64,000 nucleotides of DNA from NCBI GenBank assembly GCA_049281855.1, contig JBAPSY010000170.1, positions 1,151 to 65,150 of the forward strand, in the 5' to 3' direction. The stretch is from Anaerolineales bacterium. Lineage in GTDB: Bacteria; Chloroflexota; Anaerolineae; Anaerolineales; UBA4823. This document shows positions 1 to 12,788 of the stretch, piece after piece. The position numbers and the translations under genes are program-made. Each line of letters begins with the position of its first letter. Position 1 is the stretch's first letter. The notes below the pieces were generated by a model. That model was not told where the DNA came from, made no database searches, and was given only the letters and a program-made list of their open reading frames with translations.

Positions 1-1174
<1,174 letters not shown>

Positions 1175-1185
1175 TCAGTTTTTTA

Positions 1186-1203
1186 CATCCCCATATGGGG
1201 ATG
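1186..1203. repeat. Perfect 18-bp palindrome CATCCCCATATGGGGATG, 30 bp upstream of the eno start
   Basis: Read directly from the sequence. No U-tract follows it on either strand, so it is not a canonical terminator. It could be a protein-binding site or a hairpin. Confidence 0.3.
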
Positions 1204-1361
1204 AATGATGATATTGTGAAAACAGCCACTATTTTACCGCATAACAACCATTTATTTATGCGTACTTAGATAGATCGCTTAATATTTAATATACCTCGAC
1301 TCTGCCAAAGCAATATAGTATATGTCAAGGATTGGGGACTCATATAACGATGAGGTAATAT

Positions 1362-2987
<1,626 letters not shown>

Positions 2988-3048
2988 TCATGAGTCGCCC
3001 ATGGTGCTCAGAATACTGGTTCGGTTGATAAGCTCAATAATAAAGGCA

Positions 3049-3081
3049 GTGGGGAGGGCCGTTTGACGGCAACCTCCCCAC
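3049..3081 (-). terminator. Candidate intrinsic terminator downstream of the Roadblock gene
   Basis: GTGGGGAGG/CCTCCCCAC 9-bp stem with an inner GCCG/CGGC stem. On the minus strand it is followed by TGCCTTTATTATTG. Confidence 0.45.
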
Positions 3082-3118
3082 CCAGGATCTGCTGAATATC
3101 CCAGCTTAGCTTGCTGCA

Positions 3119-3547
3119 TCATCCCACCACTCGTTCCAAGTCTTGTGCAGCGCGACGCATTTCGAGAAAGACCAGCCCAAGTTTGGCGTGTTGGCCAGCC
3201 AGCACAGTCAGGACAGCTTCTGAACCTATGGAGGTGAGGATCACGAAACCTTCTCGCCCTTTGATGTAAACCTGCTCCAGGCTGCCGCGACCGAGCTCGG
3301 CAGAAATGCGTTCACCAAGACTAAGCATAGCCGCTGACATGGCCGCTACCCGGTCTTCCTCCACTTCATTGGGGAGAGCCGAGGCGATGATGAGGCCATC
3401 TACTGAAACAACCACCGAGGCTTCAATTTCCGGCGAGACGGCCTGCATCTGACGTAATCTTGAAACCATCTGTTCCGTGCGAGAAGTAGTTAAACTTTCC
3501 ATATTTTCGGTGGGTATAGATAAAATCACAACCCATGAGTTTACCAT
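3119..3547 (-). CDS. Roadblock/LC7 (MglB-like) domain protein
   Basis: 142 aa. VVVSVDGLIIASALPNEVEEDRVAAMSAAMLSLGERI...GFVILTSIGSEAVLTVLA is typical of the Roadblock/LC7 family. The start is uncertain; ATG 3502 is an alternative. Confidence 0.7.
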   Translation of the reverse strand: MVNSWVVILSIPTENMESLTTSRTEQMVSRLRQMQAVSPEIEASVVVSVDGLIIASALPNEVEEDRVAAMSAAMLSLGERISAELGRGSLEQVYIKGREGFVILTSIGSEAVLTVLAGQHAKLGLVFLEMRRAAQDLERVVG

Positions 3548-3705
3548 AATTTTATCAAAGTAGGGATCCAGGATTGGCTGGATATGATCCAGGATATGAA
3601 TAGTGGGTATCAGTTTCGAAATCTAATCCAAAAAAGCTGCCATTAGCTCACATAATTCATCCAAATTGCCCCATGACAATTTTTATGTTATATTAAGAGG
3701 TTGCC

Positions 3706-4380
3706 ATGCGCTACCTGCTTTTAATTCTGACGTTTATAATTTTCTTCCTGCCCCGCCTGGTAAATGCAGAGTGGAGGTCTTCATTAAAAGTACAACAGGA
3801 TGAATTAATTGGTGCAACGATTGACTCACCAGTTGCCGGGCAGGCAGTTCAAGGGAGCGTCGTGATCCGGGGTAGCACTACTGTGAATGGATTTCAATCA
3901 TATGAGGTCGATTTTGCCTATTCTGAAGATCCCACGCAAACATGGTTCCTGATCCAGGAAAGCACCTCTCTAGTTCAGGATGGGGTCCTGGCAGTTTGGG
4001 ACACCACCACAATCACCGATGGAGATTACACCTTACGCCTGGTGGTCATCCTGGTTAATGGAGCCCAGGTGGAAGTATCCATTCCGGGTTTACGTTTGCG
4101 CAACTACTCACCAATAGAAACGGAGACACCCAGCCCTACCCTACCTTATGTCACCCTGGCGGCAGGCACTCCCATTGTACAGGCCACACCGCTGGCCACA
4201 CTTCTGCCGACGGTTTCTCCACTGCCTCTCACTGCCACAGCATTACCAACGAATCCAGCTGAGATATCATCTTCCCAAGTGATGCTTACCTTTGGTAAGG
4301 GAGCTGCATTTACAATCGGATTATTTGCCCTGTTGGGCGCTTACCTGGGGATGCGTGCCATCCTACATAACCGTAAGTGA
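3706..4380 (+). CDS. Hypothetical exported protein with a C-terminal membrane anchor
   Basis: 224 aa. It has an N-terminal signal-like segment (LLLILTFIIFFLPRLVNA), a Pro/Thr-rich linker and a C-terminal TM (FTIGLFALLGAYLGM). AAGAGG lies upstream of the ATG. I recognised no family. Confidence 0.6.
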   Translation: MRYLLLILTFIIFFLPRLVNAEWRSSLKVQQDELIGATIDSPVAGQAVQGSVVIRGSTTVNGFQSYEVDFAYSEDPTQTWFLIQESTSLVQDGVLAVWDTTTITDGDYTLRLVVILVNGAQVEVSIPGLRLRNYSPIETETPSPTLPYVTLAAGTPIVQATPLATLLPTVSPLPLTATALPTNPAEISSSQVMLTFGKGAAFTIGLFALLGAYLGMRAILHNRK

Positions 4381-4392
4381 CGATGGACCCCT

Positions 4393-5004
4393 ATGACTGA
4401 TCAGAATCTGGAAACACAGATCCAACCGTTAAAGCACCAGGGACCATTCCTCATTGCTGGTTTGGGCAACCCAGGCAGACAATTCGTGCGTAACCGTCAC
4501 AACGTTGGCTTCATGCTGCTTAACCGCTTGTCGGGAAGATTAGGAGAAAACTTCGGGCAGGTCCAGTCAAAAGCCTTGATTACCAAAACCACCTATTTGG
4601 GAGAGAGGGTCATCCTGGTCAAACCGCAAACTTATATGAACAACTCTGGTGCAGCCGTTAGCTCATTACTCCATTTCTATAAGGTGCCATTGGAGAATTT
4701 ATTGGTGGCTTATGATGACGTCGACCTGCCATTGGGAACATTACGTCTTCGTCCCACTGGAGGTTCGGCGGGTCAGAAAGGAATGCAGTCGATCATTGAA
4801 CGCCTGGGTACGGAAGAATTCCCTCGTTTGCGTATCGGCACCGGCAGACCGCCAGGCAGGATGGAAGCTGCGGATTACGTGCTGCAAGACTTCCCGACCG
4901 ACGAGAGCGACCTGCTGGCAGATACGCTGGATAGAGCAGTCGAGGCTGTGCTGACATTTATTCAGTATGGGCTGGAGCGAGCCATGAATTCATATAATGG
5001 GTAA
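4393..5004 (+). CDS. pth: Peptidyl-tRNA hydrolase
   Basis: 203 aa. Motifs: GLGNPGRQFVRNRHNVGF and KPQTYMNNSG. Confidence 0.92.
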   Translation: MTDQNLETQIQPLKHQGPFLIAGLGNPGRQFVRNRHNVGFMLLNRLSGRLGENFGQVQSKALITKTTYLGERVILVKPQTYMNNSGAAVSSLLHFYKVPLENLLVAYDDVDLPLGTLRLRPTGGSAGQKGMQSIIERLGTEEFPRLRIGTGRPPGRMEAADYVLQDFPTDESDLLADTLDRAVEAVLTFIQYGLERAMNSYNG

Positions 5005-5051
5005 TTTACAATCTGTCCGTCTACTACTATAGGTATGTTTAAATAATTCAT

Positions 5052-8000
5052 ATGGAACTTGAAAGAATCGTTGCCTCTATCGCAGATGCCTCGAGTGACC
5101 TATTCCGCCAGGTTGGGGATCATCATCGTATCGCTTCATTAGGAGTGCGCCGCTCTGCCCGGCTTCCGTGGTTAGCAGCCCTACAGCATACCCTGGAGCG
5201 CCCACTGTTATTACTGACCGATCGCAATGACCATGCGTTGATGCTCGCCGATGAGCTTGCTTTATGGGCGCCAAAAATCCCTCGCTTGTTCTTCCCCGAA
5301 CCCAATCCCCTATTTTACGAAAATGCTCCATGGGGTTTGACCACCAGGCGTGATCGCCTAATGGTCTTGACCACCCTGGCGGGTTACCATATCCCAGGCG
5401 TACCCAAACCTCCCCCACCCGTCATCATTGCACCAGCGAGGGCTGTGATGGCTCGCACCCTGCCCAGGCGTGATTTCCTTAAGGCATTACGCACGATTAA
5501 AATTGGGCAGGTAATCCAACCTGAAGAGCTGCTACGCGCCTGGGTGAGTTTGGGTTACGAACACACCAACATTGTGGTAAGCCCGGGGCAATTCTCCAGG
5601 CGTGGTGGAATCCTAGATATATGGACACCTTCATCTGAAGAACCTGTCAGGTTAGAGTTCTTCGGTGACGAGATAGACACGCTACGCCGGTTTGACCCTG
5701 CCTCACAGCGGACGATTGGCACGATTGACCGCCTAACGATATCACCCGCACGAGAATTCATCTCACCTGATCCTACCAGCCTAGGGAAATTAAAAATTGA
5801 ACTTACCAACCTGTCGGAATTTCATATTCCTTTACTCCATCCTTCTCCTGCCAGCGTGTTGGATTACCTGCCTCCATATGGATTGATCTTGATCGATGAC
5901 TTGCAAGCTGTACGAGATTGTGTTCAGGAGGTGGAAGAGCAGGCAGTGGGATTGCGTAAGGATTACATAAAAGACGGTGAACTCCCAACCGATTTTCCAA
6001 TCCCATACCTGACCTGGAGTGAGATCGAAGACACTCTGGCAGACAAACAAGCCATTGATCTGGGCCAGCCGACAGGACTGGAAAGCATCCCAAGCGGCTC
6101 AATGAACATCTCTGATAGCTTCCTACCTGGGACCCGCTTTGCGGGTCAGCTCAAGCCGTTGATGGATTACATCGAAAAAATATCGAATCAAGGTGAAGAT
6201 TTGTCGATTGTTTCACGCCAGTCTGCCCGATTGCAGGAACTCTGGAAGGAACATAGCCCGTTCACTTCACCCACCCTCCCCCTGACATTCTATGATGCCA
6301 GCCTGTCAGAGGGTTTCACCTTTGCGCCCGCTGGTGGAAAACCCCTTCACCTCCTAACCGATGGTGAGATATTCGGTTGGCGCCGACCTGAGCTGCGCCA
6401 ACGCCCACGCCCGGTGGCTGAAGCCCCTGAAGCTGCATATGCTGACCTGGAGCCTGGGGATTGGGTGGTGCATATGGATCACGGCATTGGGCGTTTCAAT
6501 GGACTGGTCCAACGTTCAGTGGATGGCATCGAGCGTGAATACCTGGCGGTGGAATATGCCGAGGGTGACCAGTTATTCGTCCCGGTATACCAGGCAGACC
6601 GGCTGACGCGTTATATTGGTCCGGATGCCCACGCACCTACTCCCTCCCGTTTGGGAAGCCCAGAATGGCGCACAACCAAATCGCGGGTCAAGGAGGCCGT
6701 AGAGGAGGTCGCTCAAGATCTGCTGGATCTGTACGCCCGTCGCAATGTGGTGGAAGGGCATGCCTTCGCCAAAGATGCGCCGTGGCAAAAGGAATTGGAG
6801 GCCAGCTTCCCCTACATAGAAACCCAGGACCAGTTAAGGGTCATCGCAGAAGTGAAAAAGGATATGGAAACCCCAAAACCGATGGATCGCCTGATCTGTG
6901 GGGATGTGGGTTACGGCAAGACAGAGGTGGCTTTACGTGCAGCCTTCAAAGCCGTAATGGATGGCGTGCAGGTGGCGATCCTGGTACCTACCACTGTCCT
7001 GGCCCAACAGCATTACCATACCTTCTGCCAGCGACTGGCGCCCTTCCCTGTGGAAGTAGAGATGCTTTCACGCTTCCGCACACCACAGCAACAAAAGGAT
7101 ATCCTGGACCGCCTGAGGCGAGGTAAAGTGGATATCATCATCGGTACCCACCGTTTGCTCCAGGGAGATGTATTGTTCAAAGACCTGGGTCTATTGATTA
7201 TAGATGAAGAACAACGCTTCGGTGTAACTCACAAAGAGACCTTGAAGAAAATGCGCACTGAAGTGGATGTGTTGACTCTGACTGCCACTCCCATCCCGCG
7301 TACATTGTATATGACCCTGACCGGTGTACGCGATATCTCCACGATCAACACTCCACCTGAAGAGCGCCTGCCGATCATCACGCATGTAGGACCTTATTCC
7401 CCGTGGCTGGTGCGCCAGGCGATCCTACGCGAGTTGGAACGTGGGGGGCAAGTATTCTTTGTTCATAACCGGGTACAAACCATCGGTGCGATGCGCGTGC
7501 ATCTGGAAAAATTGGTCCCCGAAGCGCGCATGGTCGTAGCTCATGGCCAGATGCAGGAAGATCAACTTTCACACCGCATGGATGAATTCGCCGCTGGGGA
7601 TGTGGATATCCTGCTAAGCACTTCGATCATTGAGTCAGGCCTGGACATCCCCAACGCGAACACGCTCATCGTGGACCGTGCAGATACCTTTGGTCTGGCT
7701 CAACTGTACCAGCTTCGAGGCCGAGTTGGGCGCGGGGCGCAGCGCGCCTATGCATATTTTTTCCGCCATAAGCATCTTGCTCCGACGTTGGAAGGTCGCC
7801 AACGTCTGGAAACAATCGCTGAAAATACCCAGCTAGGAGCGGGTTATTCCATCGCCATGCGCGACCTTGAAATTCGCGGGGCGGGTGATATCCTGGGAAC
7901 ACGCCAGCATGGGTATATCGCCTCGGTTGGTTTTCACCTATATACCAGGCTGCTGGCCGATTCTGTGCAGCGCCTGCGCAGTGGAAAAGCATTGCCGGTC

Positions 8001-8462
8001 CTCGCCGAAGCCTTCCAGTTCGAACAGGCAGCTCAGGGACTGCCCGTTTCGGTGGATTTACCGTTACCCGTCAGCTTGCCAGCCAGCTACATCCCCGACC
8101 GACAAACCCGCACACGCTTGTACAGGCGTCTCGCAGATCTCCGTTCACAAGATGAGATTGATACTCTGTCTGAGGAATTCATCGACCGCTTTGGTTCCCT
8201 ACCTGAAGAAACCTTAAACCTATTTTACCAACTAAAGATCAAGCTTTTAGCAGAAAAAGCCGGTTTGGCATCCGTGAGTGGTGAAGGTGGTCAAATCATC
8301 CTGCGATTTCCACCATTGGCTGAAGGAGAGAATTCCCGCGATCTGCCAGAGTTAGGGGAGGACATCCGCGCCGGGAAAAACGCATTATGGATGCCTGTAT
8401 CTGAAACAAACGATTGGCAAGATAAGCTCTTAACTGTTTTGCGCGAATTGAGCTCAAGCTAA
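5052..8462 (+). CDS. mfd: Transcription-repair coupling factor
   Basis: 1136 aa. It has a CarD-like RNAP-interaction region ([15 protein letters not shown]), helicase motifs ([20 protein letters not shown]) and a C-terminal TRCF domain. Confidence 0.93.
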   Translation: MELERIVASIADASSDLFRQVGDHHRIASLGVRRSARLPWLAALQHTLERPLLLLTDRNDHALMLADELALWAPKIPRLFFPEPNPLFYENAPWGLTTRRDRLMVLTTLAGYHIPGVPKPPPPVIIAPARAVMARTLPRRDFLKALRTIKIGQVIQPEELLRAWVSLGYEHTNIVVSPGQFSRRGGILDIWTPSSEEPVRLEFFGDEIDTLRRFDPASQRTIGTIDRLTISPAREFISPDPTSLGKLKIELTNLSEFHIPLLHPSPASVLDYLPPYGLILIDDLQAVRDCVQEVEEQAVGLRKDYIKDGELPTDFPIPYLTWSEIEDTLADKQAIDLGQPTGLESIPSGSMNISDSFLPGTRFAGQLKPLMDYIEKISNQGEDLSIVSRQSARLQELWKEHSPFTSPTLPLTFYDASLSEGFTFAPAGGKPLHLLTDGEIFGWRRPELRQRPRPVAEAPEAAYADLEPGDWVVHMDHGIGRFNGLVQRSVDGIEREYLAVEYAEGDQLFVPVYQADRLTRYIGPDAHAPTPSRLGSPEWRTTKSRVKEAVEEVAQDLLDLYARRNVVEGHAFAKDAPWQKELEASFPYIETQDQLRVIAEVKKDMETPKPMDRLICGDVGYGKTEVALRAAFKAVMDGVQVAILVPTTVLAQQHYHTFCQRLAPFPVEVEMLSRFRTPQQQKDILDRLRRGKVDIIIGTHRLLQGDVLFKDLGLLIIDEEQRFGVTHKETLKKMRTEVDVLTLTATPIPRTLYMTLTGVRDISTINTPPEERLPIITHVGPYSPWLVRQAILRELERGGQVFFVHNRVQTIGAMRVHLEKLVPEARMVVAHGQMQEDQLSHRMDEFAAGDVDILLSTSIIESGLDIPNANTLIVDRADTFGLAQLYQLRGRVGRGAQRAYAYFFRHKHLAPTLEGRQRLETIAENTQLGAGYSIAMRDLEIRGAGDILGTRQHGYIASVGFHLYTRLLADSVQRLRSGKALPVLAEAFQFEQAAQGLPVSVDLPLPVSLPASYIPDRQTRTRLYRRLADLRSQDEIDTLSEEFIDRFGSLPEETLNLFYQLKIKLLAEKAGLASVSGEGGQIILRFPPLAEGENSRDLPELGEDIRAGKNALWMPVSETNDWQDKLLTVLRELSSS

Positions 8463-8586
8463 TCCCCCAGGAGGTAACATTTTTTCTGTTGTTAAGTTAA
8501 AATATAAATAATATTTGCATTTGAACCTTTAGAACAGCAAAGATAGTATTATTCGTCATTACCTTGGGAGCCTGAGGAGGAATCTT

Positions 8587-9030
8587 ATGAACTATAAGGA
8601 TTTCCAAAACCGTGTCGATTATGGCACCCAAATGTTCGATTCTGGGAACATGCAAGCTGCGCTCGAGATTTTTACTGGTTTGGTGAGCAGTGACATCTCA
8701 GATCTCGACAAATCATCAATGTGTCTGAATATTGCCGTGGTCTATGAAAAATTGGTGAACCCCCAGCAATGTCTGGAATGGTACGCGAGAGCTGTTCAAC
8801 TAGAAAAACCCCACTGCCGCTTTGAAGCCCAGGAATACCTGGCTACCTATCTGAAACAAATCAGCCGGCCGCGCGAGAGTCTGAAAATCCTTGAGAGCAT
8901 GATGTCCTCCACCCATCTGACTGAAAGTGATAAAGTTCGCATCCGAGAAAATATTGAATCGTTGAAGGTTGAGATCAACAAACCGGTTTACCGCCGTCCT
9001 GGTGCACAAGAAGAAGATTCAACCGAATAA
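8587..9030 (+). CDS. Hypothetical TPR-like helical repeat protein
   Basis: 147 aa. GAGGAGG lies upstream. The helical-repeat character (AALEIFTGLV...LEWYARAVQLEKP) is only weakly TPR-like. Confidence 0.5.
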   Translation: MNYKDFQNRVDYGTQMFDSGNMQAALEIFTGLVSSDISDLDKSSMCLNIAVVYEKLVNPQQCLEWYARAVQLEKPHCRFEAQEYLATYLKQISRPRESLKILESMMSSTHLTESDKVRIRENIESLKVEINKPVYRRPGAQEEDSTE

Positions 9031-9094
9031 ATAAGACATTCATTCTCCATGCCAGGATCAATCACATCCTTGCGGGTGAGCCGAAAATACCCCC

Positions 9095-10126
9095 ATGCCA
9101 TCAGTTCTGGAATCACTAAATTCAGCTTTACACCAAGCGTTCACAGATAATCACAACGTCTATTTGTTGGGTGAGGATGTACTTGACCCGTATGGTGGTG
9201 CATTTAAGGTCACGCGCGGCTTATCAATCAGTTATCCTGATCGGGTAATAACCACCCCCATCTCAGAAGCAGGTTTCGTTGGAGTGGCAGCTGGGATGGC
9301 ACTGCGAGGCATGCGACCTGTGGTGGAGATCATGTTCGGAGATTTCACCAGCTTGATTGCCGACCAACTGATCAACCACATATCCAAATTCCACTGGATG
9401 TACAATGACCAGGTAAACCTCCCTTTGGTGATACGCACCCCCATGGGTGGTCGGCGTGGGTATGGTCCCACCCACAGCCAGACGCTTGAAAAGCTTTACC
9501 TAGGTGTGCCCGGATTGAAGGTGGTTGCACCAGCCGCGATGAGCCGTCTGGATGGATCAGGCAGCCCGGGGGATTTGCTTTATCACACGATCCTGGATAG
9601 CGAAGAGCCGACACTCTTCATTGAAAATAAGCTGCAGTATTACCTACCCGTTCAAAATCAGCTGGATTTGAAAGATTTTATCATTTCAGACGATCAAGGC
9701 AGTACGGGTTCATTCCGACCAACCTACATCCTCTCGATGAGAGGCGCGCCTCCAGCCACTCTGACCATCGCTGGCTATGGGTATATGGCTGAGCTGGCCA
9801 AGCAAGCTGTCACGCGTCTGGCTTATGAGCATGAGATTTTTTCCGAATTGGTGGTTCCCACACAGCTAGCACCATTCAATGTTGATCCAATTGTATATTC
9901 CACCAGCCGCACTGGTGCGCTCCTGGTGGTTGAAGAGGGAACTTTAACCCTAGGATGGGGAGCCGAAGTGCTTGCCAGGGTAGCTGAAGCGCTCGGCACT
10001 CAGCCGGTAAGATATAAACGCCTGGCAGCTAAAGATGTGCCCATCCCAGCATCAGGACCCCTCGAAGCGCGGGTATTACCCAGCGTAGACCATATCATTC
10101 AATCGGCTATCCAGATGAAACCATGA
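9095..10126 (+). CDS. 2-oxoacid dehydrogenase E1 component beta-subunit-like protein (transketolase Pyr plus C-terminal domains)
   Basis: 343 aa. YLLGEDVLDPYGGAFKVTRGL, TPISEAGFVGVAAGMALRGMRPVVEIMFGDF and GPTHSQTLE match the E1-beta pattern. No E1-alpha gene is adjacent. Confidence 0.8.
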   Translation: MPSVLESLNSALHQAFTDNHNVYLLGEDVLDPYGGAFKVTRGLSISYPDRVITTPISEAGFVGVAAGMALRGMRPVVEIMFGDFTSLIADQLINHISKFHWMYNDQVNLPLVIRTPMGGRRGYGPTHSQTLEKLYLGVPGLKVVAPAAMSRLDGSGSPGDLLYHTILDSEEPTLFIENKLQYYLPVQNQLDLKDFIISDDQGSTGSFRPTYILSMRGAPPATLTIAGYGYMAELAKQAVTRLAYEHEIFSELVVPTQLAPFNVDPIVYSTSRTGALLVVEEGTLTLGWGAEVLARVAEALGTQPVRYKRLAAKDVPIPASGPLEARVLPSVDHIIQSAIQMKP

Positions 10127-10221
10127 GCAGTGACTTCAGCAAACCACAAGTTTAGGAGACTTAAAGCACATCAGCAACTGTTGTAAAGTGTTAAAATGAG
10201 ATTTGTACTACCCCTAAAAGT

Positions 10222-11319
10222 ATGACTGAACCTATCCCAATCACCATTCCATTGATCAATCCCAATGAGCCAGAAGCTCGATTGGTTGCAATACACGTCG
10301 CACCTGGGCAACACGTCGAATCTGGTGATATGTTGTGCACCCTGGAAACCACCAAATCCACGGTTGACCTGACCGCTGAAACCGATGGCTATCTGGTCGG
10401 ATTAATTTTCGAGGTAGGTCAGACCGTCGAAGCAGGAGAAATCCTGGGATACCTGGCTGGTTCACCAGATTTGGCACCGCCCGCAGTCCCGATTTTGCTT
10501 AACGAACCACAATCTTCACGCCCGGAGAGCTTGCGCATCAGCCAAGCAGGGCTGCTGCTTGCACAGCAACATAATGTGGACCTGACCCAATTCTCAAGCG
10601 AGGTGTTTGTCACTGAGAAAATAATACAGGAAATGATCGACCTTTCCACCAAGCCGGAGCCTAAGCTGCAAGCTTATCAAACTGATTCGACTGCCATTAT
10701 TATTTATGGCGGTGGTGGACATGGCAAAGCCTTGATCGACTTGATTCGAGTGCTTGGGTCTTACTCCATCGCAGGTATCGTGGACGATGGAATCCCCGTT
10801 GGTTCCAGCATCATGGGAGTTAGAGTGCTAGGAGGGGCAAATATCCTGGGGAAGTTGGTTGAGCAAGGAGTGCACCTGGCTGCCAACGCGGTAGGTGGGA
10901 TCGGAAATATCTCCAGCCGAATTAAGGTATTTGAGCTCTTATCGCAAGCGGGATTCACATGTCCAACCCTGACTCATCTGACCGCTTTCATCGAGCCAAG
11001 CGCCATCCTCGCTGAAGGAGTGCAGGTGATGCCACATGCTTATGTAGGCAGTGAAGCGAATGTGGGGTATGGTGCAATTGTCAACACAGGTGCCATCGTC
11101 TCGCATGACTGCAATTTGGGTGATTATGCCAATCTTTCACCCGGTGCGATCCTGGCAGGTGAGGTCACCATTGGCAATGCCACGCTGGTAGGGATGGGAG
11201 TTACGGTGAACCTGCGCGTCAAAATAGGAAACCACGCCCGCATTGGTAATGGAGCCACCGTCAAACAGGACGTCCCCGAGGGCGGCATCGTGCGTGCAGG
11301 CACGATCTGGCCCGACTAG
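10222..11319 (+). CDS. Fusion protein: lipoyl/biotinyl-type domain, PSBD-like segment, and PglD/NeuD-family hexapeptide acyltransferase
   Basis: 365 aa. The N-terminus (GQHVESGDMLCTLETTKSTVDLTAETDGYLVGL) is a lipoyl-domain hairpin with the central Lys. ISQAGLLLAQQHNVDLTQF resembles a peripheral-subunit-binding domain. IIIYGGGGHGKALIDLIRVLGSYSIAGIVDD is a PglD_N/NeuD Rossmann-like N-domain. The C-terminus has left-handed beta-helix hexapeptide repeats that include SHDCNLG. Confidence 0.75.
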   Translation: MTEPIPITIPLINPNEPEARLVAIHVAPGQHVESGDMLCTLETTKSTVDLTAETDGYLVGLIFEVGQTVEAGEILGYLAGSPDLAPPAVPILLNEPQSSRPESLRISQAGLLLAQQHNVDLTQFSSEVFVTEKIIQEMIDLSTKPEPKLQAYQTDSTAIIIYGGGGHGKALIDLIRVLGSYSIAGIVDDGIPVGSSIMGVRVLGGANILGKLVEQGVHLAANAVGGIGNISSRIKVFELLSQAGFTCPTLTHLTAFIEPSAILAEGVQVMPHAYVGSEANVGYGAIVNTGAIVSHDCNLGDYANLSPGAILAGEVTIGNATLVGMGVTVNLRVKIGNHARIGNGATVKQDVPEGGIVRAGTIWPD

Positions 11320-11364
11320 AAATATCCCAAACTCATCATATTATATGGAAATACGATCATTCTT

Positions 11365-12564
11365 ATGACATCATCCGATACTCTTCCAACGATTTCTCCC
11401 ATAACAATGTCCTCCCCAGATCTGACTGATGAGGAGCGCAAAGCAGTGGCAATGGTTTTGGCAACGCCCAACCTATCCATGGGTAGCCAGATCACTGCTT
11501 TTGAAGAAAGCGTCAGGTCATACACTGGCAGCCAGTATGCCATCGGTGTTAGCTCTGGCACGGCTGGTTTGCACTTGTGTGTACGAGCAACCGGCATCCA
11601 AGCGGGAGACCTGGTTATCACCACGCCCTTCTCCTTCGTAGCCTCCGCCAATGTGCTCCTGTATGAAAGCGCAGTGCCCATATTTGTGGATGTGGAGCCG
11701 CGGACTGGGAATATTGATCCATACCTCGTTTTCGCCGCTGCCCAGGATATCATGCAGGGTGGCAAGAACACCCAAGCCTGGCTGCCTCCGAAAGGTGCCA
11801 GTGCAGATTCCACTCTTAAAGCCATCCTACCGGTGGATGTGTTTGGTCAACCGGCAGACCTGGAGCTGATTCTGAACACCGCCTGGAAGTACCAATTAAA
11901 AGTGATCGAAGATTCATGTGAAGCGCTGGGTGCGGCTTACCAAGGGCACCCGGCTGGCACACTGGGTGATTATGGTGTGTTCGGCTTTTACCCGAACAAG
12001 CAGATCACCACCGGTGAAGGTGGAATGATTATTACAGATGACGCAAATGGTGCTGGACTAATGCGCGCATTGCGTAACCAGGGTCGTGCCCCTGGAGATA
12101 CCTGGCTACAGCACACTCACCTGGGCTACAACTATCGCCTGGATGAGATGAGCGCAGCACTTGGGGTAATCCAGATGCAGCGATTGGATGAGCTCATCTC
12201 CAAGCGTGATCAGGTTGCAGACTGGTACAACCAACATATCTCAGAAATCCCCGGCGTCGAGACACCCACTATCGCAAAATACACCAGCAAGGTTAGCTGG
12301 TTTGTGTATGTGGTCCGGTTCGCTGCCGGGCTGGATCGGGATACCATTGCCAAGAAACTGGGAGCGCTAGGCGTCCCCGCACGACCATATTTCCTCCCCA
12401 TTCACCTGCAACCCTACATGGTGGAACGCTTTGGCTACCAGGAAGGTATGTTCCCGGTCACCGAAGATCTGGGCAAGCGCGGACTGGCACTACCCTTCTC
12501 AGGGGTGATGGATGAAGGACAGGTTGAGCGAGTGTGCCAGGCGCTCCGGGATGTGATCCTCTAA
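11365..12564 (+). CDS. DegT/DnrJ/EryC1/StrS-family (PglE-like) sugar aminotransferase
   Basis: 399 aa. Motifs: GVSSGTAGLHLCVRATGIQAGDLVITTPFSFVASAN and the PLP lysine context FYPNKQITTGEGGMI. The start may instead be the internal Met (MSSPDLTDEE). Confidence 0.88.
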   Translation: MTSSDTLPTISPITMSSPDLTDEERKAVAMVLATPNLSMGSQITAFEESVRSYTGSQYAIGVSSGTAGLHLCVRATGIQAGDLVITTPFSFVASANVLLYESAVPIFVDVEPRTGNIDPYLVFAAAQDIMQGGKNTQAWLPPKGASADSTLKAILPVDVFGQPADLELILNTAWKYQLKVIEDSCEALGAAYQGHPAGTLGDYGVFGFYPNKQITTGEGGMIITDDANGAGLMRALRNQGRAPGDTWLQHTHLGYNYRLDEMSAALGVIQMQRLDELISKRDQVADWYNQHISEIPGVETPTIAKYTSKVSWFVYVVRFAAGLDRDTIAKKLGALGVPARPYFLPIHLQPYMVERFGYQEGMFPVTEDLGKRGLALPFSGVMDEGQVERVCQALRDVIL

Positions 12565-12788
12565 TTAAGAGACGTGAAATTAATTATCCTTTATCTGATA
12601 TATTCAATCTTCCTCATTCCCTTCATTCATCAAACCAGCAAGAATTTTCTAAATAACTCGCTCCAGTGTGTAAATACTGTTTTTGCAACGATGGCGAAAT
12701 ACAATGCGGCTGGTAAAATTCATCAGGCAATTGACTGCGAAAGCATTAAGAGTATACTTGGGTGTCATCAAAACCCTAGGAGTAGAGT

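Noticed and set aside
11316-11825. 169-aa minus-strand ORF
   Set aside because: It is antisense to the DegT aminotransferase, which has clear PLP-enzyme motifs.
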